64,000 nucleotides of DNA from a virus: positions 1 through 64,000 of the IMG/VR virus record IMGVR_UViG_3300043409_001033, one strand, 5' to 3'. Shown piece after piece: positions 56,855 to 64,000 of the stretch. Within the stretch, counting starts at the first letter, position 1; every line of letters starts with the position of its first letter. The notes beneath the pieces were generated by a model. That model did no database searches, was not told the DNA's origin, and worked only from the letters and a program-made list of their open reading frames with translations. The translations under genes were made by a program, and so were the position numbers.

Positions 56855-59800
56855 TTAATTTGATTTGTTAAGTGTATAATCATTTAGTAATTTTAACTTA
56901 ACTTCTTTTGTAATAGTATCAATATTACTCAAAACATTTGGGTTAATGTTACTTGGAATTAAGAATCCGTATCCACTTGCTCCCGTCTTTTTCTTAAAAT
57001 TGACAATTATGTTGGTTTCATCTTTAATTCGTTTTAAAATAACACATTCTTCAATGTTTTCTTTAGTCAAGTAACTCGGAATAGTATTAGATAAAGTAAT
57101 ATTGATGTTAGAATTTGTAATAATAACGTTTCCTACTTCTAAGTAAAATGAATTTTTAGTTTTCGAGTCTTTAATATAGATAATATCTCCACTTTCTATA
57201 TTAAATGGTTCATTTATATCACCATACTTAGAATAAATTTTACTATTTGTAGAATTAAAAATACTATTATCTATATAGTTAATAAGTTGTCTTGTTAAAA
57301 CAATAGATTTAGTATTCAACCCTTGAACAATATTATCATTATCTGCTATTTTTAAATTAGATACATTGGCAGTTGTATAAACAGATGAAGATTTCATTAA
57401 AGTTATAGAGCCACTTGTAACATTATTTGTTTCTAATTGTTCTAATACAAATAAAACTTTATCATATTTAGATAATGTATTACTATTTTTTATAGCAGTA
57501 TAATCTTTTGTTAAAACCCCTCTATTTCCAACTGGAATATTTCCTAAAATAGTTGATAATTCAAAAACTGGTATGTTTATGTTTACTGTTTCTTGGTCTT
57601 CTTCTAAATATTCGTCGTATAGCTTTTCAACCGATTGAGTTGTAAGATTTTTTACTTCAAATAATTTACCAGTCGTATATGGTATAGTATCATTAGAAGT
57701 ATAAATTCTATATGTTCTTTGGTCAGAATTGATTCGACTAATATTATCCCATGTCCAAGTTCTATCAGGATTATATGGAGGTCTTGTTGTACCAAGTGAG
57801 TTTTTACTATTTGACCAATAGTTATTGAAAAAAGTCATAGACTCGGTTCCGTTGATAGGTATTTCAAGATTTCGTTGGATAGTATTGTAAATATCTAAAG
57901 GAATCTCGTTTCCGTCTTGGTCAAATAACGGTTCTATTGGATTGTGTGTATAAATAACACTATCAATAATACTTTCATCTGAAATATAATTTTTATAAGT
58001 TGAAAGTTTATATTTGAATGAAAAACTACTTACGGTTGGTTTCAACAAAAGATTAATATCAACATTGAATTGATATTGATTTCTATTTGGAATAGTATAT
58101 GAAGAATATCTGTTATCTACCTCACTACCAACAATAAAACCACCCGTTGTATCGACATCTACTTGAGAAAAAAGGTCATAAATGAATTTTTTATCACTAA
58201 TATCTCTATCAAAAGGTTCTATGCTACGTAAATAAGTAGAATCTTCTTCACTTAATGAATCAAATTTGAAATATTTTTCAGAATTTGTAAAATAAAATAC
58301 AGGCTCAAATGAATAACCAGAAACAAATATTTCTTTTGAACCATCTAAAGATTTTTGATTAGAATATTTATTGACATCAAATAAAGAAACAACCGCACTA
58401 TCTCCTTTAACAAAATATCCTTGAATAGAATAAAAGTTCTTATTAGATTTATTCAAATCGGTCAAATTTCCATTAGAATCAACTAAATATTTTAATTGAA
58501 TATTAGATTTTTTATCAAATATTTTATTTTCATACACATCAGTAAACAATCCAATTTTATCTACATAAGATTCAATTGTAGGAGTTTTGTTTAACGATAT
58601 ATCTCCTTGTGTATATTTATTTAATTGTTTACTTGATAATTTATTTCCTTTGTATTTTGAATTTATTATTCCTGTTTGATTTGAATAATATTTAGAATCA
58701 ACTACATCGTTTGTTAAGTTATATACCGAATACTTAAATTCAGATAGTTCATTCTTTGATAATTTTGATTTTAAGAACTTATTTTTGTTGTTTGGTATAA
58801 ATCCTTCACTAAACTCATAAACAGCCTTTAAATCGTCTAAATGAAGCTCAGATTGAACGTTAAACTTATTTAATATTTCGGTTTGTGTAGAATCTATTAC
58901 AAACTCTGGTCTTTGATGTTTTATTATATTCCTATGGAGTACGTTTTGTCTTATCAATATCCCAGTATTGGTTGTATGGGATACAGGAACAAAATCATAA
59001 ATCATTTTAAATAACGAGTTATCAATGTATTGAATTAATTTTATATAATCTTTTACATTATAATTTCCAATAACTCTTTTTATATATGATTTTTTAATCA
59101 AGTCTAATGTAGAATATTTTGTATTGTACATACTACTTGGGTCTCCAATATAATCATCAATTGATATATGACCTAAGTTACTTATAATGTCATCATCTTG
59201 TTCAAAAGTTGGCGAAAATACAACATCTAAGAATTTATAATCAATAAAATCAGGTTCAGATTGGTCAATTGAAGTAAAACCACTTAACAAAGTTCCATAA
59301 TAATCTTTAGATTTTATTTTAATCGTATCGGTTACTCTTTTTGTAGTAGCCGTTCCAAAATTATTGTAATATATTTCATCATAATTAGTCACATAGTTAT
59401 TTTTATTTGGAAAACCAGTAAAAGTAACATACCAACTTGAATAAGGTTTGTTATAACTAAGAGATGGAAGAGTTGTTACCGAACTATGATTATAAGTCAT
59501 TAAATCCGTTCCAAGTGGCAGATAATACAATATATTATCAATAAAACCAGTTACATTCGATGATTCTACCGATTTAGGATTATAAAATCTACTAATAAGA
59601 TATTTATCTTCCAAAACATCGTTTCTTACTTCTAAAGATTGAATATTATAATCTAATCCTTGTCCAATAACTAATGACAAAGTTTTATCTAATATTACAG
59701 TTGGTTCATTTGTAATTTGTAAAGAACTTGTATAAACTTGAACTGTTTTAGCAGAATCTTCTTTAACAATATGAATTGTATAAATTCCTTTATTATTAGT

Positions 59801-61786
59801 TTGGTTATATTCTCTACTTAAATAAACATAAAACCATTCTTGGTCATAAAGTTCTACTTCTACTTTTTGACTTACATTATATCCATAATTAAGATATACT
59901 TTAGACGGTTTATTATCATAATTTTCAAGATTACAAGTTATAAAATCTTGACTTGTTGTTTTTAGTTTAAATAATGTTTCAGATTGTTGAAATACTGTTT
60001 GACCCGTAAATAAATCATTCGAGTTGAAATCACTTGGTCTAAAATCTCCTACTGAAACATTTGAACCAGATGGTTTACTATTTAGTTTAAATCTAAATCC
60101 TACTGAACTTGGTACTAAATCATTTGAGCCAGATGTCTTAAATGGAATGGTTAAATATCCATCTCTATTAGCATCAAGAGCATAATTAAATACATGGTCT
60201 TTTGATTCAAACGTATTTATTTCATTTGATAATGAACCATAATTGTATATTCTATAAACAGTATCGGGAATACCAAAAATATTTATTAATTGACGTAAAC
60301 CATTAATTGTCCCTTTACTTTTAAATAAGTAGGGTAAATTATGATAAAGTCTTTTGTAAATTTCTTTTGAATAGTTTTTTTGTGGTAGTTGAGTTACATC
60401 AACATTTGATAAACTATTGTATAACTTAACCCCAAATGATTTTAATACAGTCTCGACTAAATCAGGAGATATACCTTTATTCATATTGTTGTTAGCAACA
60501 TAAATGTCAGTCATCTTTCTAATATAAATCCAAATATTATCAAAATGATGTCCTACTAAATTTAAAAAATGAAACAATGGAGTGTTTCTTTCATCAATTA
60601 AGATATAATTAGGAATACTATTAACAAGAGATGATAAATTAAAATCATCATAGATTTTTGCTTCTCCTAATATACCAGAGTTATTAGAACCTTCATAATC
60701 AGCATTTCCTAACCAGTTTATTACGGTTTGTGATGAAGATGGTAAAAGTAACCCATCATTATCTTTTGGATATGCTTTTGGAGAAGTTGACGTATATAAG
60801 AAATATTCGTATTGGTCAAATTTAGTTAATACGTCACTTAATCTACTTTGATAAGTAATTATATTTCCAATATTATTATCAATGTTGTATAGATATGTTT
60901 CTATTAGATTAACTTTATACATAAAGTTTTTAATCCTTGAAACAATATTACTAAAATGGACAAACTCACTAAAGTCTTCCCAATTTACATTTATTGGAAG
61001 AGATTTATTGTTAGGTTTACTGAAAAATAAATTATTAAATCCTCCAAAGTTTTGTTCTAATGTATCCGTATCTAAGTAATCGGTTGAAAATGATTTCTTA
61101 TCGTCTAAATTAATATCAAAATTTGGTTGGAGTTTTTTGACAGGTTCAATTGCTTGAGTAGGTAAAACTAACTCAATATCAACAACGTTAGTCGGAATGA
61201 CTTCTTGTTGAACCCAACAAAATGATTTTGTTGTTATAGAAACATCAAGTGGTTCATATAACTTTACATATATTTCGTAAACATCATCATTAGTATTTAA
61301 GGCAACGTTTACTATTAAAAATAATTTATTTGATTGAAAGTTTAATAAATCATACTTTAAATAGTTGTATTTTTCAAAATTATCTTTAAGAGTGTTATAT
61401 AATGACTCTATCTCTATATTAGATAAAGTGTTTGAACTTAAAGAAATCTCTTGTCTATTAGAAGAAATTTCTTTAATAAATAGATATTCATTAGATAATT
61501 TTCTTAAAAAATTATAATGTATAGAATATTTTCCTTCAACAAATCCTCTATTAGTACAATCTAAGATAGGGTCTATCTCAAGTGATTGTAAATTACTATT
61601 CAGTAAACCATAATTAGCATCGGGTTTATAAGAAGTGTAATTATAATCGCTTGTGACAAGAGTATTATTTGAATCGTATATGTGTATCTCAGCTACATCA
61701 TTAACTAACCCAAAGACATCTAATAACTCTTTGTTATTAATTAAAGACAAATCGCTTGGATTTATTTTATTGAGATATTGTGACAT
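56855..61786 (-). CDS. large baseplate wedge protein (P2 gpI / T4 gp7-like core)
   Basis: 1643 aa; GHHFDNIWIY, NLPYLFKSKGTINGLRQLINIFGIP and DFVP...GILI. Confidence 0.7.
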   Translation of the reverse strand: MSQYLNKINPSDLSLINNKELLDVFGLVNDVAEIHIYDSNNTLVTSDYNYTSYKPDANYGLLNSNLQSLEIDPILDCTNRGFVEGKYSIHYNFLRKLSNEYLFIKEISSNRQEISLSSNTLSNIEIESLYNTLKDNFEKYNYLKYDLLNFQSNKLFLIVNVALNTNDDVYEIYVKLYEPLDVSITTKSFCWVQQEVIPTNVVDIELVLPTQAIEPVKKLQPNFDINLDDKKSFSTDYLDTDTLEQNFGGFNNLFFSKPNNKSLPINVNWEDFSEFVHFSNIVSRIKNFMYKVNLIETYLYNIDNNIGNIITYQSRLSDVLTKFDQYEYFLYTSTSPKAYPKDNDGLLLPSSSQTVINWLGNADYEGSNNSGILGEAKIYDDFNLSSLVNSIPNYILIDERNTPLFHFLNLVGHHFDNIWIYIRKMTDIYVANNNMNKGISPDLVETVLKSFGVKLYNSLSNVDVTQLPQKNYSKEIYKRLYHNLPYLFKSKGTINGLRQLINIFGIPDTVYRIYNYGSLSNEINTFESKDHVFNYALDANRDGYLTIPFKTSGSNDLVPSSVGFRFKLNSKPSGSNVSVGDFRPSDFNSNDLFTGQTVFQQSETLFKLKTTSQDFITCNLENYDNKPSKVYLNYGYNVSQKVEVELYDQEWFYVYLSREYNQTNNKGIYTIHIVKEDSAKTVQVYTSSLQITNEPTVILDKTLSLVIGQGLDYNIQSLEVRNDVLEDKYLISRFYNPKSVESSNVTGFIDNILYYLPLGTDLMTYNHSSVTTLPSLSYNKPYSSWYVTFTGFPNKNNYVTNYDEIYYNNFGTATTKRVTDTIKIKSKDYYGTLLSGFTSIDQSEPDFIDYKFLDVVFSPTFEQDDDIISNLGHISIDDYIGDPSSMYNTKYSTLDLIKKSYIKRVIGNYNVKDYIKLIQYIDNSLFKMIYDFVPVSHTTNTGILIRQNVLHRNIIKHQRPEFVIDSTQTEILNKFNVQSELHLDDLKAVYEFSEGFIPNNKNKFLKSKLSKNELSEFKYSVYNLTNDVVDSKYYSNQTGIINSKYKGNKLSSKQLNKYTQGDISLNKTPTIESYVDKIGLFTDVYENKIFDKKSNIQLKYLVDSNGNLTDLNKSNKNFYSIQGYFVKGDSAVVSLFDVNKYSNQKSLDGSKEIFVSGYSFEPVFYFTNSEKYFKFDSLSEEDSTYLRSIEPFDRDISDKKFIYDLFSQVDVDTTGGFIVGSEVDNRYSSYTIPNRNQYQFNVDINLLLKPTVSSFSFKYKLSTYKNYISDESIIDSVIYTHNPIEPLFDQDGNEIPLDIYNTIQRNLEIPINGTESMTFFNNYWSNSKNSLGTTRPPYNPDRTWTWDNISRINSDQRTYRIYTSNDTIPYTTGKLFEVKNLTTQSVEKLYDEYLEEDQETVNINIPVFELSTILGNIPVGNRGVLTKDYTAIKNSNTLSKYDKVLFVLEQLETNNVTSGSITLMKSSSVYTTANVSNLKIADNDNIVQGLNTKSIVLTRQLINYIDNSIFNSTNSKIYSKYGDINEPFNIESGDIIYIKDSKTKNSFYLEVGNVIITNSNINITLSNTIPSYLTKENIEECVILKRIKDETNIIVNFKKKTGASGYGFLIPSNINPNVLSNIDTITKEVKLKLLNDYTLNKSN

Positions 61787-62111
61787 TCTTAATAGTTTCT
61801 AATTCTTGGGTAGTTGTTAATAATTGTTGATTAAGAGTAGTTATCTCATCTAATAGTTCTTGAACAGAATTTGTAGATAGGTTTATACCCAAATATTCAG
61901 CAGATTTTTCTACTAAATATCTATGAGATTGGATTCCTTCTTTTGGAATAGCGTAGAATAAATCTTCATAAAGTTGAAAAAAATCTTCAATCGTTAGTTC
62001 TTGAATTACAGGTGTAGTAGTACTTTGGTCAATAAGTTGACGAAAAGAAGTATCTATTGTATTTTTAAAATCAGATTTTGATAATATTGATGTCTTTACT
62101 TCAATCTTCAT
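61767..62111 (-). CDS. hypothetical baseplate-module protein
   Basis: IDTSFRQL and FFQLYEDLFYAIP..SHRYLV; coupled to the wedge gene; late motif upstream. Confidence 0.7.
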   Translation of the reverse strand: MKIEVKTSILSKSDFKNTIDTSFRQLIDQSTTTPVIQELTIEDFFQLYEDLFYAIPKEGIQSHRYLVEKSAEYLGINLSTNSVQELLDEITTLNQQLLTTTQELETIKNVTISQ

Positions 62112-62119
62112 CTTTTTAA

Positions 62120-62129
62120 TTATAAATAT
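62120..62129 (-). promoter_or_regulatory. late-promoter-like motif ATATTTATAA
   Basis: Exact 10-mer 8 nt upstream of ATG 62111. Confidence 0.7.
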
Positions 62130-62131
62130 AT

Positions 62132-62164
62132 AAAAAAGAAAACAAGCCTAAAAGACTTGTTTCT
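62132..62164 (-). terminator. intrinsic terminator
   Basis: AAACAAGTCT-TTT-AGGCTTGTTT followed by TCTTTTTT. Confidence 0.75.
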
Positions 62165-62197
62165 AATCGTCAATCATGGATTTACAGTATCAATCTG

Positions 62198-62521
62198 TTA
62201 TTTTATTTGACTGTCAATTGGCGACATTCTACCAATTCTATGCGGTCTAAAATTTGGTGGGTAGGTTTGTAATATTTTATTTAACTTTTCTAAATTTTCA
62301 AAATATTTTTCACTTTTAGATAATCTTTCTATAATTCTATGAAAATCATTGATAGATATATTAGTTGATTCGTTTGCATTTATAGTACCATCCCATGAAT
62401 CGTAATAGCGTTGTTCACTTTCATAATCAGCTTTAAATTTTTCTTGTAATTCAAATTTTTCCTTTGGTTCTTTAAACAGATTATTGAACCATGATGTTAG
62501 TTTATTTAGTAATTTCTTCAT
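62198..62521 (-). CDS. hypothetical protein
   Basis: 107-aa ORF in an accessory pair bounded by two terminators. Confidence 0.65.
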   Translation of the reverse strand: MKKLLNKLTSWFNNLFKEPKEKFELQEKFKADYESEQRYYDSWDGTINANESTNISINDFHRIIERLSKSEKYFENLEKLNKILQTYPPNFRPHRIGRMSPIDSQIK

Positions 62522-62524
62522 AAT

Positions 62525-63193
62525 TTATAAATCACGTGTAAACACTCTTGTAAAATTAGTTGCAATATAACCAGAATTGTCCGTGGCAACTGGATTAAAT
62601 CCTTGCAGATATTTATCTATATACTTAATAAAAAATTTATAGGAACCACACCAGTAATATATTTCATAAACAAATCTAACAAATCCTTCTGAATTTTTTA
62701 TTTGGCTGATATATTCATTTTTATAAAAATCATCTAAAGATTTAACTCTAAAATCATACCCATTAATTAAACTTATTTCCGATTTATTGTATGGTAGATT
62801 GTCTATATTTATCTTTTCTCGTTCCAGTTTGTAAGTATAATACCAAGATAAATCAGATTCAGATAAACTTGGGTATTTAGCAGTGATACTTGAAATAGGA
62901 GTTGTCTTTAAACATTTTAACAAATTGTACCTATATTCATTTTTAAATAATTTAGCATCCTCGTTATATGAATTTATTTTTGAAAATTCTTCATCGGTTA
63001 ATTGACCAAAATCAATCGTACTACGACTATATAAAGGGTCTATTGATTTACGTTTAAAATTATTATCTACAAAAGAAAATATATCTTCATCTTTACTGAC
63101 GGTATTTAGATGCTCTAAGTCATGTTCATTGTAAATAATACTTTCGATTAATTTATCATTAGATTCTTTGTTATGTATTTCTATAATTTTCAT
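62525..63193 (-). CDS. hypothetical protein
   Basis: 222-aa ORF. Confidence 0.7.
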   Translation of the reverse strand: MKIIEIHNKESNDKLIESIIYNEHDLEHLNTVSKDEDIFSFVDNNFKRKSIDPLYSRSTIDFGQLTDEEFSKINSYNEDAKLFKNEYRYNLLKCLKTTPISSITAKYPSLSESDLSWYYTYKLEREKINIDNLPYNKSEISLINGYDFRVKSLDDFYKNEYISQIKNSEGFVRFVYEIYYWCGSYKFFIKYIDKYLQGFNPVATDNSGYIATNFTRVFTRDL

Positions 63194-63203
63194 AATAATT
63201 TCA

Positions 63204-63236
63204 TAAAATAAGGTAAATCTAAAAGACTTACCTTAT
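63204..63236 (-). terminator. hairpin / probable intrinsic terminator
   Basis: ATAAGGTAAGTCT-TTT-AGATTTACCTTAT followed by TTT. Confidence 0.65.
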
Positions 63237-63318
63237 ACATCAAACCTTTAAAACAATGAATAACTAATATGTTACCCGTACATAATCAATACAAATTACT
63301 TATTAAAAAAGTTCCATT

Positions 63319-64000
63319 TTAATCATTTATTTTAAAATATAAATCATCTTTGAAAATATATTCATTTCCATTGATTATTGTTTTGATGTCTATGGTATAA
63401 AATCTATTAGTTTGAAAATTAGTTGTATCAAACATAAAGAAGTTTCCATTGTTATCTAAACTTACTTTGGTATAATTTGTATCAAAATCTATAACATAAA
63501 AATCTGCCTTTAAATCTCTTATAGCATAGTAAGTAGTCGAAGGTAAATATTTTTTTACATTATATTGAGATACTTTTTGGAAAGTTCTTGTTGGATATTT
63601 TTCTCTACAAGAAACATTTATTCTATATTTATGTCCTTGATATAGTTTAAATGGATTACTTGCTAATGTAACGTAAGGTTCGGTTGTTATAACACTTCCT
63701 GATAATGAGTTTAGATAAGTTGAATCGTCATATCTTAGTTCATAGTATGGTTGATATATTGTATGGGTATCTTTGGAATAAAGATTTAGTAAATAAGTAG
63801 AACCAGATTTAATTGTTAAATCATTTTTTATTTGTAGACTATAAGAATAGGTTGTAGAACCAGAAAGGTTGAAATTAATATCTTTGTCACTATAAATAGT
63901 GTATGTATTTTCAGAAATTAATATTTCGGTTGATAAATATGAAGCAGAGTATTTATTCCAAGTAATTCCAGTTGTGTCATTATTACCATTTGTTAGTTTA
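63319..64000 (-). CDS. virion structural protein, partial (start beyond the right edge)
   Basis: Manual translation ...LYSKDTHTIYQPYYELRYDDS...REKYPTRTF...YIFKDDLYFKIND*; three SGS. Not in the ORF track. Confidence 0.75.
   Translation of the reverse strand, partial: KLTNGNNDTTGITWNKYSASYLSTEILISENTYTIYSDKDINFNLSGSTTYSYSLQIKNDLTIKSGSTYLLNLYSKDTHTIYQPYYELRYDDSTYLNSLSGSVITTEPYVTLASNPFKLYQGHKYRINVSCREKYPTRTFQKVSQYNVKKYLPSTTYYAIRDLKADFYVIDFDTNYTKVSLDNNGNFFMFDTTNFQTNRFYTIDIKTIINGNEYIFKDDLYFKIND

Noticed and set aside
297-61079. All plus-strand ORFs in the track (60-123 aa)
   Set aside because: Each lies antisense within a well-supported minus-strand gene, has shadow-frame composition and shows no motifs.
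14723-62129. Reading TATAAATA as canonical T4 late promoters firing on the plus strand
   Set aside because: No plus-strand genes follow, and the spacing is tied to minus-strand start codons. Antisense transcription cannot be strictly excluded without RNA data.
1-64000. Stop-codon reassignment as seen in some large Bacteroidota phages
   Set aside because: Core genes are full length in the standard code, coding density is high, and TAG/TGA end genes at sensible positions.
1-64000. tRNA, rRNA, CRISPR array, DGR, integrase or IS element
   Set aside because: No cloverleaf, regularly spaced repeat array, reverse transcriptase or transposase motifs were seen, and intergenic gaps are short. This was inspection by eye only.

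Overview
This 64-kb window is from a very AT-rich, large T4-like myophage. Every credible gene is on the minus strand and reads in the standard genetic code. In transcription order (right to left) it holds: baseplate/fibre genes; an ~8-kb adhesin + glycosyltransferase cassette; primase, GIY-YIG and a stand-alone ValRS C-terminal domain; putative internal head proteins, a T-type holin candidate and a metallophosphoesterase; terminase, portal, prohead protease, scaffold and major capsid; a zinc-finger/endonuclease/DNA-methyltransferase fusion and an AAA ATPase; neck, sheath, tube, chaperones, tape measure and hub; then a minimal PolA-like protein, SSB, RecA/UvsX and a 5'-3' exonuclease. A Bacteroidota host is inferred from DUF11/SprB-like domains and the absence of Shine-Dalgarno motifs. 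Main candidate systems: (1) virion O-glycosylation, i.e. two glycosyltransferases plus about 40 Ser-Gly-Ser tripeptides and mucin-like Thr tracts concentrated in outer virion proteins; (2) a late-expressed polyprotein (HExxH peptidase, Acb1-like 2H phosphodiesterase and two further modules) with prohead-protease-type L/I/V-x-E sites at its domain borders and a 15-bp direct repeat around one module; (3) a late-promoter candidate ATATTTATAA, which contains the reverse complement of the T4 late promoter; (4) a baseplate gene split by the 8-kb cassette. All functional calls come from recognising motifs by eye; no database searches were run.
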